Shown here: one piece after another, positions 40,301 through 49,006 of the stretch
Layout: each line of letters starts with the position of its first letter
How positions within the stretch are numbered: the first letter of the stretch is position 1
From: a virus
Lineage: Duplodnaviria; Caudoviricetes
IMG/VR virus record: IMGVR_UViG_3300021964_000073
Span: 1 to 58,464 of that record
Reading direction: 5' to 3' (one strand)
Length of the DNA stretch: 58,464 nucleotides
Notes under the pieces: generated by a model
Seen by the model: the letters and a program-made list of their open reading frames with translations, nothing else
Database searches by the model: none
What the model was told of the DNA's origin: nothing
Program-made: the position numbers and the translations under genes

Positions 40301-43300
40301 CGTTGTTACACATAAACGCTGTATGGTTGTAATATGTAAATGTTGAAACTTGCTCTGACAACGCACCATTGTTTACAAATAGTCCATAACCTAAGTCGTT
40401 AACTTGTGTATAGTCGTTTGCTAACATACTTCTGTTACCAGCTGTTTGTGTAAAGATGTCAATTGGAGAAGCTATTGCTGTATCAAACCCTGCACCTTCA
40501 TTACTTAAACTATTTAGAAGAAGTGTTGCTGTACCTGCTTCTGCATCATAATTTGTTACAGCATCAATTTGGTAACGCTTACCGCTAATAAAGAATGGCG
40601 CTGGAGTTTCAGGTTTTCTAATTCTTAAACCTTTACCAACTGCCGAACTTACATTCAGTGTAAAGTTATCAGTTTTGCTATCAATTTGCATTTCTAAGTT
40701 TCCTGAGAATGCATCAATATACATACCACCTCTGAACGCTTGTTCGTTTACACTCTGTGAGAATGAACCACAGACTTGCATGTAAGGTGATTTAATTAGA
40801 ATTTGTCCATCTGGATCAAGTACCTGTGCAAATCCACCGTGACCTTGGAATGTCATATTTGCTAATCTTGTAGCATCATTCATTAAGAATACATCAATTT
40901 CTTTATTATTCAATGGTGTTGATGTTATGTCAGTTGGATCTTGTCTGTAATGATAACCGTAGTTAGCAGTTTGTTTAATATGCCATGCGCCTGAAGCAAT
41001 ATCACTTAGGTTAGGTAATCTGTTTACTGTTAGTCTTACAGTGAAACTAGTACTACCAACATCACTTTGTTCAATTAAGCCAACTGCTCCGTTGTCAGTA
41101 TAGAACCATGCGCCTGCCCATGATGTAGGAGAAATGTTATCAGCTGGAGTAACTGTTATTAATCCACCAATATCGTTTTCACCTGAGAAACTAATAGTTT
41201 GAGCAGTAGCAAGGTCTGCACCTATTCTTGCTGTAACTGCTAAGTTATCAATTAACTTGTCTCTATAGAAATATGTGTTAATCCAAGGCGACTGCGAAAT
41301 TCTATCTGCTGGACGTATAATACAACGTCTAAAGTCTGAGCCTTTAATACTAACGTTTGCAGGAACCTTTAACGGATAGTCTTCGTAGTAAATACCTGTT
41401 TCAACATTGATAACAATTTGTTTGGTACGTGTAAAGTTACCGTATTCTAGTTCTTCACCTAGTTCAAATACTTTTGCTTCTTGTAATACAACTTCAACTC
41501 TATCGTATGCTGTACCACCTAAACTGTCACCGCTTGAATATTTTACAATTCTACCAATTGCTCCTGAGCTTTTACCGCGTATAACTTTTCCTGGAAGAAT
41601 ATCAACATTGGTGTTAACACCTTGGTCAACACTATCTTCACTACCATTTGAAAAGTCAATAGTGTATGTACTACCTTCAACAAGTCCTGGTTTACTTGCA
41701 GGACCGTTTTGTATAATAGTTGTAATGATGTCAAACTTAGCACTGATACTATTTCTAACAGTAAGTGAAGGTTGTGCAATGCCTGCATCTAATTTTTGTT
41801 GCATCAATGTTTGTAATGCTGTGTAGTTATTCTGTAAAACTACTTGTGCAATAATTGTATTAATTTGATTAATTGCCGCAATAGTTTGAGTACCTTGCGA
41901 AATTCTTGCTTTAGCACTACTTGGACTTCCGTAGTATCTAACACCTGACTGAATAGCATGGAAGTTAACATTAACACCGTTACCGATATCAATTAATAAT
42001 CCGTTAACAATTGATTCAACATCTCTTTCACAAGTGTTACCAGACTTTGTAGGTTGAACAGGTGCTGGCAAATCATTTAAACCATTTGTAATAACATCTG
42101 TAATAATAGCAAATAGTGTTGTAACTCTTGCAGTTAAGTTTGCTTCAACTGTTTCTGTAAATATTCTTTGTGTATCAACAATAGGATCTTGCAAAGGTGT
42201 ATACGCTACACCTGCTAAAATATTGTTTAAGATTAAATCTCTTGTTTGGTTAAGAGCCGCTACTGTTTGTTGTACTTGTCCAAAAACTCTATTAGCGTTA
42301 TTAGACCAATATGACTTAGCCATTCTACGTGTTTCTATATTACCACCACGTCCAATGTCATGTACCATAGCATCAACAATTTTAATTGTGTCTCTTTTAC
42401 ATTTTGCACTGTTATATACAAATGAATTCCAAATACCTGATCCGCCAGCATTTGCTATTTGATCGTCGATCCATGCAACAGTTTCTGTACCAATAAAATC
42501 TTTGTTCTCATGTAGCATTGCTTCTGCAATAGGATTAACTACATTTGTATCTGCATATTCTAAATTAGGATATGTTGTATTAATAAATGCTAAAACTTCT
42601 TTAGCAATAAACTTTTTATTTTTTGTAATAATATCAATAGCAGGCTGTGCATCTGCATATGGAGTAGTTACACCTACAGCATTTGTAATTGATATGCCTT
42701 CACCTTGATCGTAGGTAATAGTTTGTATGTATGCACCTGGCTCTAACGGACTTGCTTCAATAATTGTTTGTGCTTTTTGTGCGGCCGCGCCAACAGTTTT
42801 AAATGCATAATTTAAACTTCTGCCTTCTTTACCAACTGGTGAATTAGTTTGTGCATCGTCGCCACTTGTACTAACATATAAATCTACGTTACTTGCAAAA
42901 CTTGTATTGTCTACATAAAATTTTGTTGCGGCTTGTAAGTCTTCAGTAATACCTGTGTTTGTTCCTGCTAAGTCACCTGGATGATCATGCAAGAATAATG
43001 CACCTGTCATTCTGTCGCCTTGACGTCTTACAATACTTTCTCTTGGCAATGATTCATTATTTTTCCAAAAGCCTAATAACGTACTATCATATTCGTTATC
43101 AACTATAGTATCTGTTCCTACTGGAACAACAGTATCACCGTTATTAATATTAACTTTGACTCGTGTTGTATTGTCATTGTTTTGTGCTTCGGCTTTTGAA
43201 GTATGTAAACTTACAAAGTTTTCATTTACAACACGTATATAATAAATTGTATCGGCTATTAAATTAGTAGGTACAGTGTCTGTTGCTTTGTATTGGAACG

Positions 43301-43937
43301 GACTTCCATTAGCACCACTGTTTAAGCCGTGACCGATAACTTCTATGTTACCTGATCTATATTCAGTAATTGTTTTTGTGTATTCGGATCCATCAGTGGG
43401 TTCAGCTCTTACAAAATCTGCTCTATCTTCAAAAAGACCGTTAACACCATAATGTTGATCACTAAACTTTTTATCAATGACAAGGTCGTCTTGTGTAATT
43501 TGTGTACCATGTGTAGTATTAAACTGACTTACTGCTGTACTATCAGTTGCAATTTGCCCAATTCCATAAACAACGTTGCCACTTAGATGTCCACCTAACA
43601 CTGGAGCTGTGTCAGCACTAACATTAGCACCTACGTTATTAATAACAATTCTACCTTCTTGTGTACTGTCAACAGTAATACCTGTACCAGCTTGTAACTG
43701 GCGTTCAATAATTTCTGTACCTAATTGGTTAGTACCTAAAATAAAAGCCGCTCCTGGAGGGCTTGGTGTTAATGCATCTGGTGTGTCACTTAACGCTTTG
43801 AAAGTAATACTTCCGCCCTGTCCAAATACTGCATATAACTCTGTAAAGTTACCATTTGCTTTTCTAAAGGCTTCTCTAATACTGTCACCAGTACCGTCAT
43901 TACCTTCAACACCTAAGTAAATATCTTGTCTTGCCAT
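37374..43937 (-). CDS. 2187-aa tail fibre/spike protein
   Basis: gp9/gp10-like N-terminus; C.RD...I..D helical repeats; beta-helix-like G.YYE..P..VP.NVSI.G; C-terminal YADLAE autoproteolytic chaperone-like domain. Confidence 0.85.
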   Translation of the reverse strand: MARQDIYLGVEGNDGTGDSIREAFRKANGNFTELYAVFGQGGSITFKALSDTPDALTPSPPGAAFILGTNQLGTEIIERQLQAGTGITVDSTQEGRIVINNVGANVSADTAPVLGGHLSGNVVYGIGQIATDSTAVSQFNTTHGTQITQDDLVIDKKFSDQHYGVNGLFEDRADFVRAEPTDGSEYTKTITEYRSGNIEVIGHGLNSGANGSPFQYKATDTVPTNLIADTIYYIRVVNENFVSLHTSKAEAQNNDNTTRVKVNINNGDTVVPVGTDTIVDNEYDSTLLGFWKNNESLPRESIVRRQGDRMTGALFLHDHPGDLAGTNTGITEDLQAATKFYVDNTSFASNVDLYVSTSGDDAQTNSPVGKEGRSLNYAFKTVGAAAQKAQTIIEASPLEPGAYIQTITYDQGEGISITNAVGVTTPYADAQPAIDIITKNKKFIAKEVLAFINTTYPNLEYADTNVVNPIAEAMLHENKDFIGTETVAWIDDQIANAGGSGIWNSFVYNSAKCKRDTIKIVDAMVHDIGRGGNIETRRMAKSYWSNNANRVFGQVQQTVAALNQTRDLILNNILAGVAYTPLQDPIVDTQRIFTETVEANLTARVTTLFAIITDVITNGLNDLPAPVQPTKSGNTCERDVESIVNGLLIDIGNGVNVNFHAIQSGVRYYGSPSSAKARISQGTQTIAAINQINTIIAQVVLQNNYTALQTLMQQKLDAGIAQPSLTVRNSISAKFDIITTIIQNGPASKPGLVEGSTYTIDFSNGSEDSVDQGVNTNVDILPGKVIRGKSSGAIGRIVKYSSGDSLGGTAYDRVEVVLQEAKVFELGEELEYGNFTRTKQIVINVETGIYYEDYPLKVPANVSIKGSDFRRCIIRPADRISQSPWINTYFYRDKLIDNLAVTARIGADLATAQTISFSGENDIGGLITVTPADNISPTSWAGAWFYTDNGAVGLIEQSDVGSTSFTVRLTVNRLPNLSDIASGAWHIKQTANYGYHYRQDPTDITSTPLNNKEIDVFLMNDATRLANMTFQGHGGFAQVLDPDGQILIKSPYMQVCGSFSQSVNEQAFRGGMYIDAFSGNLEMQIDSKTDNFTLNVSSAVGKGLRIRKPETPAPFFISGKRYQIDAVTNYDAEAGTATLLLNSLSNEGAGFDTAIASPIDIFTQTAGNRSMLANDYTQVNDLGYGLFVNNGALSEQVSTFTYYNHTAFMCNNGSIIRALNCSNSNGNYGLVSAGSDPNEEVDIVTTLRPMTQPVEGFTDATYTMPVGATSVYVTDCDYPPYNNSLLDVDDGTSNVQYEITNVSVVDGVTATGTKGSNLPVYRLTIGGDEGLAAVINNGDILAIRQNKNFLFDSVEPATTIRPSTAIIFDEQPTQVYRTISYNNQDSDNAALPSDQSQIVFDSGFDYLNLLLDNTYASDSTYAGAGTTMGATAGDRVLAITRISSTIDIDRINNADMIFTHDGKTFRVSNYTPRVDAGNGDYEYATVVINDVSGTDINSPATSAGLVSSIKFGGGTPQQRTIPLSLPAGENATITISISTLRANGHDFNDIGSGGFNESNYPGVIYGPPTKTPSQAAEVDERGKGRVFWVSTDQDGFFRVGKYFEVDQGTGTVTFAASIAISNLDGLGFRRGVRISEFSNDDLLSDADPQAVPTEFAVDEFINRRLHFQRDGTVVGLNRQLGPGVLARDGSTSLTGNLNAGSNQIANLADPRSDQPQDATTKSYVDGRTPFGTEAIGADIGNRATNDLLIYDGTTYDNATPAGDITISVANNIATFGITPGAIEDSDIAANAIIAQSKLLLNAATTRLNATGITQNDLGVASFNSLQFEDSNGWIYIKNAGLQFELFPDIPQNYVIGRTSAGAGQPDAVTFADVVNTGGTFSTTGQADSIVKTKSDGGIDGQSLYIDNYKIIDQTANTLNVTTPGGASIFDSVGTIPSNTTTTFAGSVDIGSVGVAPSTHQKNSSYGSNTDSTLNQSRLGVDWIYSSFIEAPGEKDASGTGIAIGAGTGFSDAGEVAIIANDNQPAITFQQTKFIPYTNGTYDIGSGTNAFGTIYGTATSAQYADLAENYLADAKYEFGTVVVFGGEQEITITNEKGNTRVAGIVSENPAHLMNSALDGEHVVPLALQGRVPCKVIGMVRKGDMLVTSAIEGYAIVNNSPGIGQVIGKAVGSKTDDGKGLVEVVVGRV

Positions 43938-43949
43938 TCTATTGCTCCG

Positions 43950-44306
43950 TTAACTAGGTATCTCTAATTTGTCCATATCAAAATTTACACTAACTCCACA
44001 TCCACATGAGCTTTGTGCGTTAGGATTTTGTATGTCAAACATTGAACCAAACACTTCTTTTTTGTAATCAATTGTCGTTCCAATTAAAAACATTATACTT
44101 GCTTGGCCTACTGCAAGTTTACCGTTACTAGTCTCTATAATTTCGTCGTCTTTTTCTAAATCATCGTTAGTCGATGTACCCCATGTATATTCAAAACCAG
44201 CACAGCCTCCGCCCTTCATGTTTAAAGTTACAGCGTCTATACCGTCTTTTTCACATAATTCGTTGATTTTTTCTTTAGCGTTGTCAGTTAATGCAAGTAT
44301 ACCCAT
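43950..44306 (-). CDS. HesB/IscA Fe-S cluster assembly protein
   Basis: GGGCAGFEY and SCGCGVS. Confidence 0.92.
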   Translation of the reverse strand: MGILALTDNAKEKINELCEKDGIDAVTLNMKGGGCAGFEYTWGTSTNDDLEKDDEIIETSNGKLAVGQASIMFLIGTTIDYKKEVFGSMFDIQNPNAQSSCGCGVSVNFDMDKLEIPS

Positions 44307-44368
44307 GGTTTTTCCTTATAACAAATGTATTTATCGTATGATTTTATAATCTTAATGTAAATATAGTT

Positions 44369-44656
44369 ATGTTTTTAAAAGAATATTCCATATCGAAGCG
44401 ACATGTACGTACTAGTAAGACAGGTAAAGAACATGCTTATAAACGTCAATTAACTATGTGTGTGTTTATATGTGATAATTGTGATGCACATTTTGAACGT
44501 GCAAGGGGCAGTATGGATCCTAAACGTTTAAGCAACAACTATTTTCATGTATGTGGAAATTGTGATAGTAAAGTTTTTGCACAACGCAAAGGTGTAGAAC
44601 GCAAGCAAGTATGGAACTTGCCTGCGTCAAGTAATCTGCCTATTGGTAAATTTTAG
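44369..44656 (+). CDS. Zn-ribbon protein
   Basis: CDNC...HVCGNC; TAAATA-N5-ATG upstream. Confidence 0.7.
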   Translation: MFLKEYSISKRHVRTSKTGKEHAYKRQLTMCVFICDNCDAHFERARGSMDPKRLSNNYFHVCGNCDSKVFAQRKGVERKQVWNLPASSNLPIGKF

Positions 44657-44814
44657 TCTTTCTTCCAGATAGTCCATGCGCCGTATGCAATAGCAAGTCC
44701 AGCCGCAATTTTAGCTAATGGTGCTAAAAATAATACCATTAGTCCTAATGCTATCAAAGCCGCGCCATCCCAAGATGTACGCTCTTTCATTCTTGATTTA
44801 ATCCAAGTTCTCAT
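44653..44814 (-). CDS. 53-aa 2-TM membrane protein (holin-like), not in ORF track
   Basis: Hand translation MRTWIKSRMKERTSWDGAALIALGLMVLFLAPLAKIAAGLAIAYGAWTIWKKD. Confidence 0.7.
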   Translation of the reverse strand: MRTWIKSRMKERTSWDGAALIALGLMVLFLAPLAKIAAGLAIAYGAWTIWKKD

Positions 44815-44816
44815 AA

Positions 44817-45098
44817 TTATTTCCCTCTATTCTGCAAATTTGTGATACTACTGTCGTGTCTAGACAATTTACGTTCTAGTACGCTAATAGCTGATCTTTG
44901 CTTACGGAGTTGTTCTTCTAAACTTTGTACATAACGCAGGGTTGGTATTTGCTGTTGAGCACCATCTTCTCCCAACATTGTTAAATGATCAACACCTTGT
45001 CCTTTTAGTCCACCTGTAACCCTATTAGGATTTTTATCAGATGATGACTGGCTCGGGCTCGGTGCTTTTCTGCCGTACATTTTGTTTAAATAACTCAT
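44817..45098 (-). CDS. Hypothetical coiled-coil protein
   Basis: 93 aa; SD GGAG. Confidence 0.65.
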   Translation of the reverse strand: MSYLNKMYGRKAPSPSQSSSDKNPNRVTGGLKGQGVDHLTMLGEDGAQQQIPTLRYVQSLEEQLRKQRSAISVLERKLSRHDSSITNLQNRGK

Positions 45099-46131
45099 TA
45101 TGTTTCTCCGTATTGTATTTATGTAGAGCGATACTGGCTAGGTTCTTACATTTGGATTCACACATAATGTCTGCATACGGCAAAAATGACAATGCATAGT
45201 CGTTAACAGCATTGTTTGGATAGTAATCACTGTGTGCTCTTAGTTTGCCTTTCTTATGTCCTGCTTCTAGTAGTGCTGGAAAGTCGGGCATTGTATCGTG
45301 TGCAAAGCCTTCGGGTAGTGCTTCGTCTCTACTGTATGAATAATGTATTACAGGTCGTACGCCTCGCCATGAATCTATTACACGAGCAAATCTATCGTCG
45401 GTGGGATGTATATATTCACCTTCGCGGCACCAGTGATGGTGTATGTCAAGTACGAGAGCACAGGTGTCGACAAGTTCGAGGCTGTCTTGGATGCCCCATT
45501 TGTTTTCGTCGTTTTCGATCGTAATAGAGTTTCTCGCTTCTTGAGATAATCTTGTGTTAACTGCGTGTTTGATACCGGCTGGACCTTGCCTACCGGATAT
45601 ATGGACGTTGCATTTAAAGTCTTGGAATGAGCGTCCATAGCCCATCCACCTGATGACATCGGTGTGATATTCAAATTCTTCTACGCTCCTATCTACAATT
45701 TCGGGGTTGTCGCTCGCAAGTACAGTAAATTGGCCTGGGTGCATCGATAGTCGGACATCGAGGGCTCTTGCCGTTTCTCCGACTTTTGCGAACTCTCGTT
45801 CTGCGTAGGCAACAACGTCAGGACGCTTCCAATAATAGCACCAATCACGCTGGGTATAAACAGGAAGTACATCAGAACCCAATCGTACCATCCGTAATTC
45901 AGTTGGAAGAGATCCCACATATTCAATCAACCTTTTGTATGACGCAATGTTATGGACCATAATGTCCCACAAGCGTTCTTCAGCAACATCACGTGTCTGT
46001 CTGTTAAGCCACTGTACTGTTGTGCTACGAGTATTTAGCGGTCGCTGAATTTCTTCTAGTAGTTTCTTCTTCTGCGTTTGATCTGGGTGCATGTACTTAC
46101 ATGCGAAGCCTATACGTTTTATATCATTCAT
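45037..46131 (-). CDS. uvsE: UV-damage endonuclease
   Basis: RIGFAC, RLGSD, RLSMHPGQF, TIENDE, LDIHHH, HYS, RAHSD, MCESK; probable start MNDIKR. Confidence 0.92.
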   Translation of the reverse strand: MNDIKRIGFACKYMHPDQTQKKKLLEEIQRPLNTRSTTVQWLNRQTRDVAEERLWDIMVHNIASYKRLIEYVGSLPTELRMVRLGSDVLPVYTQRDWCYYWKRPDVVAYAEREFAKVGETARALDVRLSMHPGQFTVLASDNPEIVDRSVEEFEYHTDVIRWMGYGRSFQDFKCNVHISGRQGPAGIKHAVNTRLSQEARNSITIENDENKWGIQDSLELVDTCALVLDIHHHWCREGEYIHPTDDRFARVIDSWRGVRPVIHYSYSRDEALPEGFAHDTMPDFPALLEAGHKKGKLRAHSDYYPNNAVNDYALSFLPYADIMCESKCKNLASIALHKYNTEKHNELFKQNVRQKSTEPEPVII

Positions 46132-46137
46132 AGTGTT

Positions 46138-46166
46138 ATTATAGTGCCTTTTGTTAAGTTTGTCAA
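46138..46166 (-). promoter_or_regulatory. sigma70-type promoter (apparently leaderless uvsE)
   Basis: TTGACA-17 nt-TATAAT, 6 nt before the ATG at 46131. Confidence 0.8.
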
Positions 46167-46172
46167 TAGTAA

Positions 46173-47030
46173 TTAAACCCAATTCTTTGTAACCCATGAA
46201 TCATTACAATCGTGAGGATGTGGTTCACCATGGAATACAGCAATAGCAGTCTGGTCTTTGATTATAGGTGGCTTATCTTCTTTAAAGTTTCGTTTACCGT
46301 CTATCCTAATAAGATCTCTTCGATCTCGCATTTCCCATTTATAACTTTGTATCCATTCATCTGGCCACCAAACAAAATCATCTCGTTTGGTTTGATCGTG
46401 TATATAATCTTGGTCACCATGCATTCTATGTATATAATGTTTAGGATGTCTAGCAAACTCGTCGTATAGATAATGCATAGTACCTGTTTGATAACGGAAC
46501 ACACTACTGTTCATCTTCTTCCAGTCAGACCGTAACGACCTATTAAAGTCTCTTATGATGCAAAACTTTTCTGGATTAAATGTAAACAGTTTGTCTATGT
46601 TTCTAAAGACTATAACGTCTAAATCCATATACAATATGTTTCCTTTAACTGGAAGATTTTTATTAAAGAACATCGGCTTATACCACCAACCATGTGCTTC
46701 GCTAAGTGCAGGTAAAGGATATGTAACAATTGATTTGTCAATACCAGTAGTGTCTTCTGTAAAACAAACAAATGTGTACGGTATGGTAAGATTACGTTTT
46801 ACCATTCTTGCTAACGTGTTTACGTATTCAGGTCCGTACTTCTTTCCGTGCTTTAAACAAACAACATAGTTTTCTGTTTCGCCTTTTGCAATAGCAAAGG
46901 CTTCACTTTCATCAACTGTAGGTTTAGGTTGCGATTTTGCAAGTTTGGCAAGTTCTTTATCTTGCCTACGCTGTTCGCGAATTACTTTCCACTGTTCTTT
47001 TGTGTATTGTCGTTTATCAATCTTAGCCAT
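46173..47030 (-). CDS. Glycosyltransferase (GT-A, GT8-like)
   Basis: GWWYK, YMDLDV (DxD), NSSVF, GDQDYI, FHGEP.P; probable start MAKIDK. Confidence 0.8.
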   Translation of the reverse strand: MAKIDKRQYTKEQWKVIREQRRQDKELAKLAKSQPKPTVDESEAFAIAKGETENYVVCLKHGKKYGPEYVNTLARMVKRNLTIPYTFVCFTEDTTGIDKSIVTYPLPALSEAHGWWYKPMFFNKNLPVKGNILYMDLDVIVFRNIDKLFTFNPEKFCIIRDFNRSLRSDWKKMNSSVFRYQTGTMHYLYDEFARHPKHYIHRMHGDQDYIHDQTKRDDFVWWPDEWIQSYKWEMRDRRDLIRIDGKRNFKEDKPPIIKDQTAIAVFHGEPHPHDCNDSWVTKNWV

Positions 47031-47499
47031 TAAATCTAATCTTCTGTGATTCGAATGGAGTATAGATTGCACTATTTGCTCCATGCTCAGCACACTCGAC
47101 AGATTCAACCCAACAACGATCGTCAGTTGCTTCTCTAATCAATTTGTCTGCAAAATTAAATGCGTGTTCTGCAAACTTCTCTGCACCAACACCGTCAAAC
47201 TCTCTTACTTCACACAATCCTTTTTCTTGTAGATCATAAAAGTCTTGTTTGTGTGGGTCGTTAATGTCTACACAAGTCTTGTGATCAAAACTATCTTCAA
47301 GCCATGCTTTAACTTGTTTCAAGCCGCCAAAGTCTACTGCCCAATTTTTATTATCTAGTTTTGCACATCCAAAAGTAAATTTAAATTGCAAACTGTATCC
47401 ATGTAGCAGATGACAGTGTGAATGATCTGCGTTAGGTTGTCTAAAGACTGCTGAAAGTCCTATGTTGTGTCCGTATGTTTTTGTGCTATAATAAGCCAT
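47023..47499 (-). CDS. queD: 6-carboxy-tetrahydropterin synthase
   Basis: HCHLLHGY, VDFGGLK, FDHK, AEKFA, V.C.EH..NSA.Y. Confidence 0.9.
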   Translation of the reverse strand: MAYYSTKTYGHNIGLSAVFRQPNADHSHCHLLHGYSLQFKFTFGCAKLDNKNWAVDFGGLKQVKAWLEDSFDHKTCVDINDPHKQDFYDLQEKGLCEVREFDGVGAEKFAEHAFNFADKLIREATDDRCWVESVECAEHGANSAIYTPFESQKIRFNG

Positions 47500-47516
47500 A
47501 TTATTCTCCTATATAA

Positions 47517-47553
47517 TAGCGGCAGAATTAGGAGGGTTGACGCTAAGTCCTCT
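47517..47553 (-). ncRNA. preQ1-I-like riboswitch candidate in the queD 5' UTR
   Basis: AGAGG-ACTTAGCGTCAAC-CCTC-CTAATTCTGC-CGCTA: P1 GAGG/CCTC plus loop TAGCG/tail CGCTA H-type pseudoknot; resembles B. subtilis queC aptamer layout. Confidence 0.55.
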
Positions 47554-47567
47554 TTGTTAATGTACTT

Positions 47568-47596
47568 ATTATACTATAAATTGTCTAGCGTGTCAA
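47568..47596 (-). promoter_or_regulatory. sigma70-type promoter of queD
   Basis: TTGACA-17 nt-TATAAT, perfect consensus. Confidence 0.85.
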
Positions 47597-48116
47597 CCGA
47601 AACGTTTGGAAAATCCCAGTCTTTTGGTAACTTCCAATCAGCTGTGTTTAGTATTGTATATTGTTTTTCTTTGTAAGTGTCGAAAATTCGTGCAAGTTGG
47701 TATATCCAATAACTAGGATCTACATCTTTTGTATTGTAATTAGGAGTAGCTCTATATATATTTCCTTTGTACAAGTCAAACCCAATTAAGCATATACTAT
47801 TACTTAACTGTGATCCTAGTAATACTGCGTATGGACCACTCCCCCAATTAATAGGTTCGTCTTGTCGTTGTTTACCTTTGTAAGGAAGATCTGGAACTGA
47901 GTGTAAACTAGGATGGTTAAATGCTAGTTTCCATCGTTGTCTTGTGTAAATTGGATTAATGTTTTTAGCAATAGATTCTTTGACCATTCTTTTATCACAG
48001 GCTACAAGATAATCAACCTTGTAATCTCTACATATTGCATTACACCCTATTTTTGTACCGGCGTATTTGTTAAGGTCAATCCCTTTGCGACTTTCGCCGT
48101 TGCCAATTACTAACAT
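47574..48116 (-). CDS. Putative glycosyltransferase-like Rossmann protein (DUF115/Maf-like)
   Basis: VIGNGESR, IGCNA, LVACD, SGPYA, LIGFD. Confidence 0.55.
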   Translation of the reverse strand: MLVIGNGESRKGIDLNKYAGTKIGCNAICRDYKVDYLVACDKRMVKESIAKNINPIYTRQRWKLAFNHPSLHSVPDLPYKGKQRQDEPINWGSGPYAVLLGSQLSNSICLIGFDLYKGNIYRATPNYNTKDVDPSYWIYQLARIFDTYKEKQYTILNTADWKLPKDWDFPNVSVDTLDNL

Positions 48117-48124
48117 AAATTTAT

Positions 48125-48598
48125 TTAGCGTGGGTCAACTACTAGTAAAATATTATCGTATGTTTGAGTTTTTTCTGTTTGGAATATCATATGATTACAA
48201 GTGAACACACCTGTCATACTAACACGATATTCTCCACCTATAATCATATCGTTTGGAACAGCCATGCTCCATTGATTAGGAATAGCTTCTCCGGGGCGTG
48301 TGTTGCGAGTGTATTGTTTTGTAAACTTGTCTAATCTATGCGTATGTCCATCTTTATGATATGCTGTGCCATATACTTGTGTACTGGCGCACTCGTGCTT
48401 CTTAGTACCTATCATTATAAACTCTATGTCGTCATGCTTTTCAATTGGATTATTTACTACTTCAATTTTAACATCTTGGAATACAAAAGCATTATCAAAA
48501 CTCATATACATTATTCCTAATGTTATAAGTGTCACCATACTTAGTCCGCTGATTACATTAGCCATTGCCTTAACTATTATATACCTTTTATTCGTCAT
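48125..48598 (-). CDS. Single-TM protein with extracytoplasmic domain
   Basis: N-terminal TM followed by a beta-rich domain with two Cys. Confidence 0.65.
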   Translation of the reverse strand: MTNKRYIIVKAMANVISGLSMVTLITLGIMYMSFDNAFVFQDVKIEVVNNPIEKHDDIEFIMIGTKKHECASTQVYGTAYHKDGHTHRLDKFTKQYTRNTRPGEAIPNQWSMAVPNDMIIGGEYRVSMTGVFTCNHMIFQTEKTQTYDNILLVVDPR

Positions 48599-48911
48599 TT
48601 TTTAAGTCCTTAACTTCTTTGGTTACCGCAATGAATTCAGAACGTACTTCTTGTAAATTTTTGCTTGCCCTATTGAGTGTTTTAACTAAGTGTCTTATAG
48701 TGTATATAGTCCAAAACCACCAAGTTACTGCTGTTACAGCAAACAGTCCGAGACCCACCCAGAATGCTTGCTCAAAGTCTATTACGCCTGTTGTTACTAA
48801 TATTAGATTGATCACTAGAAATACTGTTGGCACTAGTCGTGCGAACAGGTCCCAGCGTTCAACCTGAGCCTCAATGTTGTTTATATTTGCCTGTTTTTGT
48901 GTTTTATTCAT
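48588..48911 (-). CDS. 2-TM membrane protein with coiled-coil tail
   Basis: Two hydrophobic helices; SD GGGAG; TAAATA upstream. Confidence 0.65.
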   Translation of the reverse strand: MNKTQKQANINNIEAQVERWDLFARLVPTVFLVINLILVTTGVIDFEQAFWVGLGLFAVTAVTWWFWTIYTIRHLVKTLNRASKNLQEVRSEFIAVTKEVKDLKNDE

Positions 48912-49006
48912 TCGTGATTTCTCCCTTAATAGAATTCATAACAAATTCCATATACTTTTTAGTACAATGTATTTAAATTTATTTTTGGGTTTATTAAATG
49001 TTTGCT

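Noticed and set aside
35004-43937. Diversity-generating retroelement acting on tail fibres
   Set aside because: No reverse transcriptase and no template/variable repeat pair differing at adenines was seen.
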